This document shows positions 1 through 13,592 of a stretch of 64,000 nucleotides of DNA, piece after piece (the first letter of the stretch is position 1; each line of letters begins with the position of its first letter). Origin of the DNA: Camelus dromedarius (Eukaryota); the NCBI RefSeq assembly GCF_036321535.1, contig NC_087436.1, forward strand, positions 19,656,001 through 19,720,000, given 5' to 3'. The notes beneath the pieces were generated by a model, which was given only the letters and a program-made list of their open reading frames with translations, did not search any database and was not told where the DNA came from. The position numbers and the translations under genes are program-made.

Positions 1-37
1 AGGAATGCCTTTTACTACACGCCCCTGACTATAGTCT

Positions 38-200
38 CACTGTTCAAAGGATGGTCTGTGGACCAGCAGCACCAGCATCACCCGGGAGCTCATTAGAAAT
101 GCAGACTCTCAGACCCCCACCTCAGAGCCACTGAGTTGGTTTCTGCATTTTTTCAGGCTCCCTAGATGATCTGTATGCAAGTGAAGGCCCGGAAGCACGG
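38..200. mobile_element. MER5A-like hAT DNA transposon
   Basis: GGACCAGCAGCACCAGCATCACCCGGGAGCTCATTAGAAATGCAGACTCTCAG. Confidence 0.85.
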
Positions 201-3200
201 CTCCAGGGAAGCGACCCAGATCTCAGTCCTTGGGAGAGCCCCTCATACCCTGTGACGCCACCCCTCCCACCATGACTGGTCAGAGGTGGCCACCTTACCC
301 GAGACCAGCCAAGCACTGGTGGGGCAGCAACCAGCCAGACTGCCTTGGAGAATCGAGACCTTTTGAGAAACAAAGCTCGTCTAAGCCAAAAGGCTAAGAA
401 AAGTTAGGACTGGAATAGGGGACATACAGGGCCAACCTGAATGTCATTTCCAGGAGCTCGCTCCCTGTCACATCCTTCTTCCCTTGTTTGGAACTAATGT
501 GAGAGCGCTTTCGTGGGTTTGCTTGTTTGTTTTTGTTTTCCACCTCTGAAACTTGACCAGGGAGTCCTGAGAGGGGCCTGGCGTGTTTGAGACATGCCTG
601 GAAAGAAGGTTCTAGGGAGAGGAAAGCCAGGCTGGAAACTTGTGGCAACCAGACACTGAGGGGATTTGCACATCATAGTAAGGAGGGCCGGCCATGATGG
701 GTGGGAAGGAGGGAGCTCGCGTGGCTGTGTAAGCAGCAGAGCAGTAGGACGGCAGTGGGAGTCCAGAAGGCAACTTCGGAAGAGCTGGGGAGGGAGACCA
801 GGGGCTGTGGAGGAGGCCGCTGTACTGCAGGTCCAACGAAGGATGAGGCGAACAGTAACCATGAGGACAGCGAGAAGGCAGGACTCAGGAGGTCACTGGG
901 AGGCAGATGGGCAGGATTTGGTGACCGACTGGATGCAGGTGTCCTAGCAAGAATCCCAGCCCAGGAAGTGCTGGGTGCATGGGATGGGGGCCCCAGAGCT
1001 AGCAGCAGTCGGACGTTAGACCCAGTCTCCACACCAGAAAATACTAATGAAATATAAATAAAATGAGTGACGTAATGGGCAAAGCACCAATTTAGAGAAT
1101 ACAGTTCTAGCCCCATCATGTCTGTTTGGGGTCCAAGTTGCTCGGGCCGCCAAGGTAAGTGGAAGGGAGACCTTCTGCTCTGTAGACCCCCTTCCTTGGT
1201 GAGGATCTAGTGTACCCCATACAGGGGGAAATCTCAGGGATTGAATCTGGCTCCTCTGAGCCTCTGTCTCACCAGGAGGGAGGAAATCTCAACCTTCTGT
1301 TAAGTCAGGAGAGAATCTGGGGGGCCCAGAAAACTAGGGGGAGGGCATTCCATCACCACACTTATCCTGGTTTTCCAAGGTCACAAGGTCACCGGAAGGC
1401 TGCTGCTCAGATGCATCCGTGCACAGAAGGGTTCACATCTCAAGCCAGGCTGGGCTCTGACGTCCCCAGATGCACTGTGTGACCTTGGCCCTCTGGGGGT
1501 CTCCCACCCCCTCCACTGGGTCCCACACGACTGGGGCACAGATTCCTGCTGCTGGGAAAGCGGAGACGTGGCCTACCTCTTCTTCACCCTCCTCCACTCC
1601 CTTCCTAGTTGTGGGGACCACAGACTCTCCCCCGCCACTCCCCCCTTCCCCAGGTCACCTGACATAATCCACCCACCACAGAGAGAGGGATGATGTTCCA
1701 ACACCCCTGATGGAGGGGTTCTCAAAAGGCCAGCCACTTGGTTAAAGGGGGTGGCCAAGAGCTGGAGAGAGCACACGGATGGCTCAATAAATAATTCTGC
1801 CATTCACCCAGGTACTAAGAGTTCCTGTTGTTGGAAACCAGAGGAACACCTTATCTGAGACAGGACCCTCATTGCCTGCACGACCACAGCCTCCACTGAG
1901 CTGGCTGCACACCCTGGGCCACTCTCTCCACTGTTTGCAAATTGGCTCATGAATCCTCATGACCCCAGAAGGGCCTTACTACTATTATCCCATTTTATAG
2001 GGTAGGAAACTGAGCCACAGTATCTACTAAGTTGGCAAAGATTCTAGAGCTTCCAGGCTGTGATGGTCCCCACAGCTCTGCCACCGACCCCCTTTGTGTA
2101 ACCGCATCTAAAATTGAGGATAAAAATCATTCCTGTACCTGCATTTCCACGTTCTTGTGAGGTTCCCAAGAGGTAATAAATAGGAAGCAGGGAGCACTCA
2201 GCACAGGGTTGGATACAAAGGAAGGGCTCAAAGCACGTTTCTTTGGGGGAGGAGAAAGCCTCAGGCTGAGCTGCAGAGAGGCTGGAGCCGGTGCACAGAG
2301 AGGACAGGCTTCTGTACCAGGCAACCCTGAGAGGGTGGGAGGGTGTGAACAGGAGGAAGCAAGAACCAAATTAGGGCTAGAAAGAGGGCATCCAGCATCC
2401 TGGGCTCCACAGGCATTCCTGTCACCATCCGATCCTGGTGTGCAAGGAAAGCTAGAAACCGTTGCTTTTTGCTTGAATCTGCTGGAGTCATTTCACACTA
2501 GCGATTTGGCTGGACTTGATACATTAAGAAACTAAATTGTTACATTAACATCCCATGGCTTGGACTAGAAGAGTTACACTAATGCCTTACATAGGAAAAG
2601 TGATGCATTTCACAGTTATAAAACAGCAGCTGTGTCCTTCGGTAAATCACATAACATTTCTGGGTTGCCTCTGTATAAAATAAAAGGTCTGAATTAAATG
2701 ATCTCTTAGATTTCTTCCGGCTAGAGAATTATACATGTTTAAAGTTTTATTTTAGTCCTGAAGGTATAGAATGCGCTACTCTGAAAGCATCTGGGATAAT
2801 GGTGACTAAGTCTGGCATTTGAAGTCGGCCACGCCCACACCGCCCATCTCCCCCCTGGTTTGGGAGCAGCCTTGGAAAAGTGTTTCTAAACCTTCATGAA
2901 TCCTCAGAGAGAAGGACCTGCCAAGCTCATCAGCCCAATCCCATCTCTGGGACATCTTCTTCATTTTCAAATGTCTCTGAAAGGGAGAAGTGGAGAATAT
3001 GCCTTTGGAGAATGCCACTTTTATCCCTTTTTCAAGCCTCGGTCATGAATTTCCGTTGCCATTGATAAGTGTTTGCCGATGGACATTGGCTACTCTAGCA
3101 TCAATCCCGCGGTGAGTATTGTAATATTTACATAGATAATTTTTTAAAAACCCTACAGATTTCTGGAGTGCTGGGACACTCAGTGTGAGAAAGGAGAACA

Positions 3201-4500
3201 TTTTTCACAGTTTTCTTTAGATTCAACTTTAATTTACTGAAAAAATGGGACGTTGATGGACATTATATGTACATGTAGCCAACTTTTGACTTTTGCATCC
3301 TTCTCCTTGCTTCTGTGCACTTTCTTCCATTTAAAACAAAAAGAATGGTTTGGTGCTTTTTTTTCCTCCCCAATTATCCTCTCCTGTATTCTCCTTTTTG
3401 AAGAAATGTACAGACAAACAGGACTTTAATCAATATTTGAATACTTACTATTTGCAAAGCCATACTTAAAAAGACTCAGCCAATGCAAGAGAGTACTGGC
3501 AGGATCTCTTCTCTCAAGGAGTTAACGTTTAACTTGGGATGAAGTGGCGAGATGTAGAAGAAAGAAGTCAGACAGCAAGGTAGTCACGTGGCCTTGGTAA
3601 GGTAATTAACATTGGTGAGCCTCAGTTTTCCCATCTGTGAGATGGGGAGGCGATTAGATTTCTCACAGGGATGCTGTTAAGGACTAGATGTCCTTGCACA
3701 GTGATGCACAGCAATACATCCCAGCTCTAATCAGAAGGAAGATTAAAGCCAGATTACCAGAATTTAGAGCAGAGAGAGAGGTGTTTCAGTCTTAGAGGTT
3801 AGGTGGGATTTGAGTCGATAGAGAGGGGTAGCAGAACATTCAAAGCAGGAGGGAGAGCTTGAACAGCGGTGTGAAAGTGGGAAGAAACAGATGGTGTTTG
3901 TTGTCATTATCCAGAAAGAAAGTGAGGCAGACCTGATGGAGGGTGATGGAGACAGTGATGTTGATGTGAGGAGATGGAAGTATAAAGAAGCAGTAAGACT
4001 GGGAGACTGTTTGTATGGAGAGAAGGGAAGAGTTTTTAAAAATTAGTATTTAGAAAGCCCAAGTGAACCAATAACCTATATGTGAAATAGGGGAGATGGT
4101 GGTGTTCGATCTTAGACACACTGGAAATGCCCTCTTAGCATCACTCACTCCTTGGCCAACCTTTACTAAATGCCTACTAGGTGCAGGCAGGCCATGTGCC
4201 CAGGGCTGGGCTCCCAAGATGGATAATAACCCAGAGCACCTGCCTCCCCAGGGCTGGTAATAGAGCCGCGTGCATCAGCAGATAATCACAAAAATACGTG
4301 GTAAATGATCAGGAGAGACAGGATCCCATATTACTGCAGCAGCACAGAAAAGGAGCATCTGGGGGTTGGTCAAGAATTTTCTTTTCCCTTTTCAAAACAC
4401 CCAAACATCCACATCTTTTGATTGGATGTGAGAAATTAGTCTCCAAGATTGGTCTTAAAATAATTCAGGGACATCTACGTTAATGACTCTTTTGTAGCAT

Positions 4501-4583
4501 ATTTTTTAATGGAGGTACTGGGGATTGAAACCAGGACCTTGCACATGCTAAGGATGTGCTCTACCACTGAGCTATACCCTCCC
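4501..4583 (-). mobile_element. tRNA-derived SINE, Vic-1 type (short form)
   Basis: Reverse complement GGGAGGGTATAGCTCAGTGGTAGAGCAC...GGTTTCAATCCCCAGTACCTCC with A/B boxes; TSD TGTAGCAT at 4493 and 4587. Confidence 0.9.
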
Positions 4584-4895
4584 TGCTGTAGCATTTTTTT
4601 GAGTCCTACACTACACAATTTCTTTATCTTCATGCAGCCACTTGGTCCCCGACACTGCCCTGAATTGCAGCTGATCAGCTTTGTGTGTCCTCTTCTCTAC
4701 CAACCTGGCTCTAAACCCCTGGAGGGTAGGAGTCATCTTAAAATTGCTCAGCTCCAGTACATAGCACAGTGCCATGCTTCCTGTTAGGTTTTCTGTTACA
4801 TAATGTAGCACAGACAGAAACTAAGGAAGATCAAGGTGCATGCATCTCTCTGTTCAGAGCTCTGTGTGCTCCATTTATGTTAATCATCCTTCTTC

Positions 4896-5421
4896 TGTTG
4901 CAGAAAAACGTGTTACAGCTCAGTGTTATAGTTCAGTTGTGACAGCAACCTGGATCCGGGCGAGAGACCAAGCAGCACTTGGAGAGTTGGAGAACTCAAG
5001 GTTTATTACACCAGCGGGGCCAGAAAAGTTAACACTCCAAGCTCTGGACTCCATCTGTAGGTTTACACAGGCTTTTGTAAGCTGCCAGTTTACACTTTGC
5101 AACATCATATGCAAATAAGGTATAACAAAAGTTGACTAATTACAAACAAGCTTTGTAGAAATGGACCAATCAGGAGGGAGAGAAATAACCAATCAGGAGG
5201 GAGGGAAATGGACCAATCAGGAGTGAAGGAAATAACCAATCAGGAGTGAGCTCAGGGAACCACTAGAGTTTTAGGGTAAGTGCCACTTTCTTAGAAGTAA
5301 GCTGTTTCAGAGGCAAAAGTGAGATAGAGCCTCTGGGCCAGGGAACCGGATGGTGCTGGCAGGACAGTAGTGGCCCTGCCTGGGGGTCCTGCCTGTCTTT
5401 TTTATGGGGCTTCCTGCCTCA
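4896..5421 (-). mobile_element. ERV1-class solo LTR (526 bp)
   Basis: TG...CA termini, perfect 4-bp TSD CTTC (4892-4895 / 5422-5425), minus-strand AATAAA 5002-5007, tandem CCAATCAGG repeats 5161-5250. Confidence 0.88.
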
Positions 5422-5449
5422 CTTCCAGCCTTTCCAGGGAAGCAGGAAT

Positions 5450-5650
5450 AACAGCTCCCATTTATTGAGCTCTTACTCTATGCCAGGCGCACATGGAGCT
5501 CTGCTTCTATGAATTCATCTCATCTTTACAAGGACCCCATAAAACTATGTATTAATATCCTCCCCACTTTTTAATAGATGAGGCATAGAAAGGTGAGAAT
5601 AACTCGTCTGAGGTCACACTACTCACAAGAGGAGGAGCTGAGTTGTAAAC
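5450..5650 (-). mobile_element. MIR SINE
   Basis: AACAGCTCCCATTTATTGAGCTCTTACTCTATGCCAGGC...GAGGTCACACT. Confidence 0.75.
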
Positions 5651-6420
5651 CCCTGCAGAGACCCTCTGGAGTTCGTGCCCCCAACCCCTGAGCTGTTAAA
5701 CTGCCCTTGGATGTTCCAGAAAACTGAAGCACGTGGAGAGCAGGGGGTTGCGATGGTTCTAAAGAGCAAATTGAGGACGGTGGCAAGACTTAAGTCTCCT
5801 GCTTCTCAGACCAGGGTTTGGAAGGCCCTCTGTGTAGGTAGGACATCCAGCGAGAACTTCGCGTCCCTGAGGACCTTGCATCCTGACCTTCCAGAAACGG
5901 GCAAACCCACTTCTTCCAAGTACACAGGGGAAAACCTGCAGCGTAACTGGACCTGAGGGAGCCTCAGTCCTGAACACTGTCCAGTGTTTTCCTTCCTTCC
6001 ATCCACGGCAGGTTTTCTCAAATTAGAGAACATTTTTCGAATTCTAAGGATGTATTTTCTTTACCCCCCCTTTCTCTCTCTCCCTTTTTAAAATAAGGAC
6101 GGCATTGTGTTTGTTCAAGTACCTAACATCATCCTTCACTTCCACACCCTTCACACTGCCTTTTCCCATCACAGAAGCAGTCACATCCTGCAGTTTTATC
6201 CATCTCCCCTTATAGAAACCATCCAAGCCTCTTATCCAACCTGCAGCAAGAAGCAGCAAATTGTTTGGTTAGCACCCCAGCTCTGCCCTCTCTTGGCAGT
6301 GGGGTCAACCAAAATCTTTTAATGTGAAAGCCCTTCATCAAAATTAAAAAATTTTTTAATACATATTTCAAGACATCTACAAAGACCAAACTCCAAAAAT
6401 GATTCTCTGGTTCACTTTTT

Positions 6421-6481
6421 TTTTAACTTTTATTTTTATTTTTTGTTTGCCTGTTTTTGGAGGGGGAGGCAATTAGGTTGA

Positions 6482-6525
<44 letters not shown>

Positions 6526-6624
6526 TTTATTTAAAAAAATTTTTTTAAATAGAGGTACCGGAGATTGAACCCAGGACCTTGTGCATGCTAAGCACGTGCT
6601 CTATAACTGAGCTACACCTTCCCC
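6421..6624 (-). mobile_element. Vic-1-type SINE (long form) with internal (TTAC)n microsatellite 6482-6523
   Basis: Same tRNA-like head; poly(T) on the + strand; TSD TGGTTCACTTTTT at 6408 and 6628. Confidence 0.9.
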
Positions 6625-7687
6625 TTTTGGTTCACTTTTTATAGACCATTTCTATAGAACCAGTTCCTTCTTTTGCTTTATGATCCTCAACTCCAGAGCT
6701 GGGTGCACATTCCCCGCTGACCAACTGGAGTTCTGTCACATTCTGTTATCACAGCCATTTCTTCTGTTAAAAGGGCACCTGAAACGGATGGACCTCGTTC
6801 ACTGGCTTCTTGCTAGTCAGCCTCTTGGGCAGCGCTCAGTAATACACCTGCACCTGTCACCAGGAGTCTGGCTGGTGTCATTGCTGAATTATTGAAGTCT
6901 TCTGCACGCACCTCTAATATGTGAGGGGACATCACAACTGTGCGAGTCTGAGGCATCTCCGAGAAATGCACTCGTCTGCTTCCAACCATACAGCAGTCCA
7001 GGAAAGCTGGAAGGAGAAACACCAGACTTCCCAACTCCCAATTAATTCTTCTTTCACATAAAAACACTGCAGTGAAGGAGATCAAATCCACGTGGCAACA
7101 GCACCCTTAAACATTTAATGAAAGGTCTACCGTGGGCTGAGCCAACAATACCACTTAAACATCATCCTTTCACTAAACCTAATGCCAACTTGTTTATCTC
7201 AAAAGATGGAAAAATAGAGATATTGACTTTAGCATTAGTGTTATTCCCTCACTGAAACATCTCTATTTCCCTCACAAAGCCAAACTCACACAGGTATTAA
7301 TGAAAGATCTATAGATAAGCAGAAAATATTAATTATTTGACTATAGGTGAAGTTTAAACAAAGTTCAAATATGGCAGCCTCCTAATGTTTTGTTTTTCTG
7401 GCACGTGTAGAGAAGTAACACAATTTGAAATATACAAGATGTGGCAGAGTCCCAAGTAGAATTTACTCTATATAGCCAAATTTTTGAAAATTACATATAT
7501 TATATAAATACATCATTTTAAAGTTTTTAAAGCTCTAAACGTTCTTAGAAACAATGAACAGTACATAGATGTAAATTTTAAAAATATGTGTAGTATATTG
7601 TGTATATGTATTTACATGCAATATATTGTATATGTGCAGTCAAATTGTAACAATTCTATCTAACAAAACTGAAAAATTAAAAAAAAC

Positions 7688-7935
7688 CAGATGACTGGAT
7701 AAGGAAGATGTAATATATATAATATATATTACACACGCACACACACATACACACACACACAATGGAATACTACTTAGCCATAAAAAGAACAAAATAATGC
7801 CATTTGCAGCAACGTGGATGGACCTAGAGATCGTCATTCTAAATGAAATAAGCCAGAAAGAGAAAGAAAAATACCATATTGTATCACTTATATGTGGAAT
7901 CTAAAAAAAGGACACAAATAAACTTACTTACAAAA
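7688..7935 (+). mobile_element. L1 3' fragment with (TA)n/(CA)n tract
   Basis: CAATGGAATACTACTTAGCCATAAAAAG...GCCATTTGCAGCAACGTGGATGGACCTAGAG, canonical L1 ORF2 end / 3' UTR. Confidence 0.9.
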
Positions 7936-8319
7936 TGGGGTGGCGGAGCTTTTGCCACACACGTTATTTCATTTCTATGGATTTTGAATGGCTGAGACCC
8001 ATTGAAAATGGATGGTTGGCCCAGGTTCTGAGCTTCCTGGCAGCTAAGTAAGAAAGGAGTATAATCAGTGTCTATTTCTCATTATCTTTATGGACCATTG
8101 GGAGAAAAATGGGCTAAAATAACACAAGGCTAACTAGAAGGATGTTAGCTGGCTAGAGGAGTTCCCCTAAAGTGACCTGAAGGAGACTGTCAGCTCCTCC
8201 GTGTCACTTGGCCAGGGCCTTCCCCAGGCTCCTTCCCTCCAGGGCTGTGGGTGGAAGGTGTGGTGAGCATGCCACTCTGGCCTGCAGGTGACCAGCACAG
8301 GGAGGAACAGGCAGACGAC

Positions 8320-8700
8320 TGTGTGACAGAGTCATGATGAAAAACAGTCTTGACAGGCCAGAGCAATGAGCTGAATCTAACAAGATGAAATTAAACAAGG
8401 ACAAATGTTAAGTGCTTTTCTTAGGTCAGAAAAAAAAAAAAAAAAAAAAAAAAAACCAGTGGCATAAACCCAAGATGGAGGAGATAGGGCTCACCAGCAG
8501 GCATTTAGAAGAAAATAAAAACTAAAACATCAACTTTAGAGTTTTAAAGTACCAGCATGTCACTAAAGACAAAACAAAACGTTTTTAGGGCCATTTTGTC
8601 TTTTAAACAAGGGCTATGATTGTTCCTTTATATTCTGAGATTACGAGTCTACATTTGGAGTTAGATTCTGGGCACCCTGCTTTATTTCTGTGGAAGATGG
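8320..8700 (+). mobile_element. CR1/L3 LINE fragment with an internal poly(A) run
   Basis: AACAAGATGAAATTAAACAAGGACAAATGTTAAGTGC resembles the CR1 RT C-terminal motif. Confidence 0.6.
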
Positions 8701-11005
8701 GTCTACGCTAATGTTAAAAGCAATTCTGAAGCAGCAAAGTAATTGTCAATCGCTGTTTCACCCAACACGGTTATTTTCATCGCTTGCATGTTGTTATTCA
8801 CGTGGCACACTCATTTTAACATTATAATACTAATCGTCGTTATAAATGGTTTGGGGGTGGGGTTTTTTTTTTTTTCCTATTTTACTTTCTTAAAATGCCG
8901 AACTTTATCCACTAAATTGATTTAATCTCCAGTGCCATATTTTGCAGACTGAAAAACATTGGACTAGAGAGCTATTGAGTGGGCAAACTAGAAGGCCAAA
9001 AATTCCTTCCAACAATGAGATTCAATAATTCCAGTTTCTCCCAAACTGTGCTAAGTAGCTTAAAAAAAAACAAAAAACCCAAACCCTGGTTGAAGTGCCT
9101 TTTGTTTCTAGTTTATTCATTCTCTTATTCTAGCTTACTGAGTTTTTCCACTCTTGATTCTAATGTTATCTGTCCTTATAGAGTATCATCTGAAAAATAT
9201 CTTAATCCTTTACCTGAGAAATTGATGGAAATATGAAACTATATAGAACCAAGAACAGAAGACTGCAACACATTTTAAATGTAGTTGTTCACCCAGCTGT
9301 GTTTCTTTGTGAACATTGGTGTTTTTTTTTCCAAAAATCAGTAACAAATCCTCCAGTCATACTAACAACTTCTCTATTTTATGTTTGTTCACAAAGTTAA
9401 GAAATGTTGTTCAATGTTGTTAAGATTAAGAGACCATGGCTGTGACGTACAGTGGTTGGTCCTCAGGATTAAATGAGGTGATGTACACTGAGTTCTCCAG
9501 ACAGTGCCTGCTCCTGGCTGTTAGCCAGGACAACATTGACCGTGACGATGATGGTGACATCACCATTATCCTCTAGTTTAGCGGTCTGAAAGCCACACTA
9601 ATTAAAATACTACGTGGTCCTGACATGCCTTCTTCAAGTGAACCCATACTGCCTCCTAAAAATCACCCCCTTTTTCTGCTAAGTCTTTTGAATTCTTTTG
9701 AGTATTTCCGGGTTTTAACCTAAAGTCATCGGTCTGCTGTTTTCCTAACCTTTTCCTCCTTTTTTAAAACCAAGGCACTGGCTCACCTCTCATTTTCTTG
9801 AGCTCCTAGGCTCCTAAAGGTGTTTCTTCAAGGTCACCTGAAAGTTGTTTTGTGCAGGGGGACGTAATTCAACAAGTTAACTTGGAGGAGCTACAGTCTC
9901 CCGTATCTGTTTCTTTCCTAGAAATATTTTCAGCTTGGAGAAATTATTTCATGTTTTAAGAGTAAAGAAACTAAACGGGACCTGAGTAGCCTGTTCTCAC
10001 CACCTGGGACACCCTGCTATCCTCATTAACAAGTGGCCTGCCCCTTGGTGGTTCACTTTATTCTGAAAAGCCTCAGTTGACTGGGGTTTGGGCTTTTTGA
10101 CGTATTCAGGCGGTGGCTTAGGGTCTTTGAAATCAGACTGCTAGGTTTAAGTCCCACCCCTGCCACTTACTAGTGGGGTGCTGCCAAGCAAGTCCCTCTT
10201 TGTGATTCTATTTCCTCATTTGCAAAAGGAGTAATAATGCCTATCTCGTGGGCCAGTGCCAATAAGCCTGGAGTACACGCTGTTTGTTGGTATCACCACC
10301 CTGTGGGACTCTCTGGGCCAGTCCTTCACTTTCTCTTTGGAGTTTGTGCACAGGAAGGAACTTCACAACAGTTTCTAACCTTCTGGAGTCTCCTCTCAAA
10401 AGATGATGTTTTCTCCGAACTTTTGGGGACCTGCTGTCATAAAGGCTGGGATACATGCCTGACTATGTTCATGTTTATTTCATTCCGTGGGACACATGCC
10501 AGGGTGACAAAGTCACTTTCCCAAATTCCCATCACTTCCCTGTCAGTGAGCATTTCCTGCTCCGAGCCCAGTATCAGCCCTCCTTGGTGTTTCTTGCCTG
10601 GCAGCCAGGCAAGCCAGAAAATGTCAGCTGGCCCCCTTGTAGCAGGATGAACTTCCAGCAGATGTTAGAGTCTAGGTCCCACTGCACTGTAACTGGCTCT
10701 TTGCCAGTTTTTCCAAACTTTCAAATAATAATAATAGTGGGCTTGATGCTAAGGATGAGGGCAGGTCTACCTGGAAGCAAAAATACTTGCCAATGACTTA
10801 GATCAATTATCTAACGGCATCAGGGTCGTGTTTCTGTGTAATTACTTGTTAGCAGGAAGACAGCAGACAAACACCCACAAGCCAGACCCCTTCAGGCACT
10901 GGAAATATAAAGCCAAACACAGCCCTGCCCGCAAAGAGCTTCCAGTCTGCAACGGCACTGAAACCAATCTCGTCTCCTTGCAGTTTTCAGTCTAAACTGG
11001 AACGA

Positions 11006-11008
<3 letters not shown>

Positions 11009-11073
<65 letters not shown>
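11009..11073. repeat. Compound microsatellite (CT)n(CA)n
   Basis: Directly visible adjacent perfect CT and CA runs. Confidence 0.97.
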
Positions 11074-11076
<3 letters not shown>

Positions 11077-13592
11077 TCAGAGAGGAACCTCTCTCTTCAT
11101 GTTTGTGAAATTCGTAACGCATTTACGTCAGTGATGCTCACCCCCACCCCAGCCCTCCAAGGAGTTCCTGCCTGGGCTGTGAGTCCTGCTTCCACTGAAA
11201 GTCAACCATGACTTGGGCGCAGCTCCTCCACCCCCTTGTCGGAGTAACACAGACATCGACAGGCAACTCAGAGGAAGGGCAACTTGGAGAGAAATAATGC
11301 CTGTGTAATTTGGGAGGGGTGGTGTCAGGAACTGGAACTGTAGAGTCAAAAGCTGGTCTCTCCCACCGCACAGAAGAGGGAGAGATGGTTCGAGAAGAGA
11401 ATGCATTTGTTCTGGGTAAGTTTCACTCTGTTAAAGGGGGACGAACCATAATAATAAAAGAAACCATACTAAAAGTCTGCTCTGGTTTTTAATAAAAAGA
11501 GTGGGTTTTAAACTCGGCCTGATGGCTTGATTATTTACCCTGGTTATCCTTTCAGTTAAAACAGTACTTTCATTCCTCTGAACAGGCGAAACAGGTTTGT
11601 TTGGGAAAACACTGTTCTAATCGGGGAAAGCATCTATTCTAGCTCAACCTCTCACCCATTCTTAGGAAGTATTTTAAATACGTCTTAAAATAGATGTTTC
11701 CTTTTTTTTTTTTCTCCCTGCAGTGCAAACACAATGGGACATTTTGATCAAGGCCCATTACACCTCTGGACATCTCGAACTTTATCCTCAGTTTTCAAAG
11801 TGATCAGTTTCCATGAAAAGCTTTTTAGAAAGTTATTGTTTTGTACAAAGTTACATAATAAACTGAAAAATGGTAAGGAAAACAGCAAAAGAGGAGTCGT
11901 AAGTAAACTTACCAAATAAAATGTATCTAACATGAAACACAGCATGACCTGGTTCGATTTTAAGCCCCAGGTGTGCTCAGGTTGGGGTGCAGTGGTTTCC
12001 TGGCCTGGGGCCGGCTTCAAGGCGTGGGGGTGGGGGAGTTCAGCACACATCGTGAGGGTGACAGCGTGCAGAGAGGACCAGCAGCACGGCAAGTCTCACT
12101 GTAGTGAGGCACCAAACTGCTTCAGTCTCTTTATTCGACATCTGGGCACATGTACCCGTGACCAAGGACAATAGATCCAGCCAGAATTGGGCCAGGGACG
12201 AAAAGGCGGTTCCGATGTACACACTGCCCGTCTGCACCTCTCCCTCCTGTCCTTACTGGGTCTGAAGATGCAGCAAAGGGTTGCTGGGAAACGGCCTGTT
12301 GTGTAGTAATTAGTATTCGGGAGACTGGGGCGGGGAGGAGGGCAGGGGTGAGGGAACAAATTCTAAGAGACAGTCATCTCAAAAAACGCGACTCCGCACA
12401 CGGCGCCTGCAGACACAGACAAGGGGCAGCCCGTCCCTTGGCCCGGGTGTGAATGGCCGCCGGCCGCCTATTGATCTTTCCTGTCACACCCAAGCAGAGC
12501 GCCGACAAATCACTGTCAGCACCATCATCTTTGAACGAGGAGGATGTAGTCTGTGCGCACACCTTGGGACCTTCTTATTGCGACTACTGGATGAGTAGAA
12601 GAGAAAATTGATTTATTGATTAAATGCACGCTAGGAGGAATCAATGGAGCTCAGCACTTAAGAGTCTGATCAAACAACAGTGGGAACTGTTACTCTAGTT
12701 GCAGTCACTCCCCAAGTGACCCAGGCAAGTCACGGGATTTCTTTGCTTCAGGCTTCCACGTCTGGAAAAGGGGACTACCTTGCTCAGTGACCGCAACGGG
12801 AGACAGAACTAGCCCAGGTTGCTCATGAAATCAGGGCGGAGGTGTGACCCCGTGGGGATCCTCCACCACACTCTCAACGTGGGGAAATCATCCCAGAAAT
12901 CTCTGCATCTGTGCTCATGCCAGAGGAACTCCAAGAGGGTGAGGCAGACTCTGCCCAACTCAAAGATCAGTTCCTACTAACTGGACATCTTTGAACCTAT
13001 AAATAGGGAGCATATTCACTCTCTCTGGATAGAGATGCCTGCAAAGGGTTTCAAATATACTAAAAGTGAGAACCATACAAGCCTTATGTCTGCAAAGTAA
13101 TGAGGTTCAGTTTTAGATGTAATATATACCCTGTGCCTCTGAAAGCCAGTTTACGCAGAGCATGGTTGTGATGTACACTGAAGACTCCATGACTCTTTCC
13201 ACAGTGAACAAACAGAACACCTATTTGTCTGCCTTGGGGTAATGCTTCCCTGCTCTGTGGAAAGGTGCTTCTTACCTTCTGCATTTTCTTTTAAATCTAA
13301 AAATATATTAACTGGGAACTTTTAAGTTATCCTGCAACAAAACCAAGCGAAAGCAATCTCTCCAGACCCATCCTCGGAAACCATAAAAGGAAGCAATCCC
13401 ATGTCTCCTGTGCACCCTAGTGAAGAACTGGTTAAAGCACCAGGAGCACTGGTCCCTTAGCCCTAGTCTTAGCAAAGAAAGGATTCTTTTTTTCAATGCA
13501 GTAAAAATCTTAGACTTTGCAGTTTGGGATTTGGGTCTACTTCTTACCTTCGCTAAGAAAAATTTATAATGCAAAGAACATGGTTAACATAC

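Noticed and set aside
1..4000. Exons of the syntenic neighbour REELD1
   Set aside because: No reeler-domain or signal-peptide coding sequence recognised; ORFs here overlap L2/MER5-like repeats
4510..4583. tRNA-like sequence with A/B boxes (also at ~6555, ~15130, ~50250)
   Set aside because: A-rich tails, TSDs and degenerate stems show these are SINE heads, not tRNA genes
5161..5250. Regularly spaced short repeats superficially like a CRISPR array
   Set aside because: Eukaryotic LTR tandem repeats with no unique spacers and no cas genes
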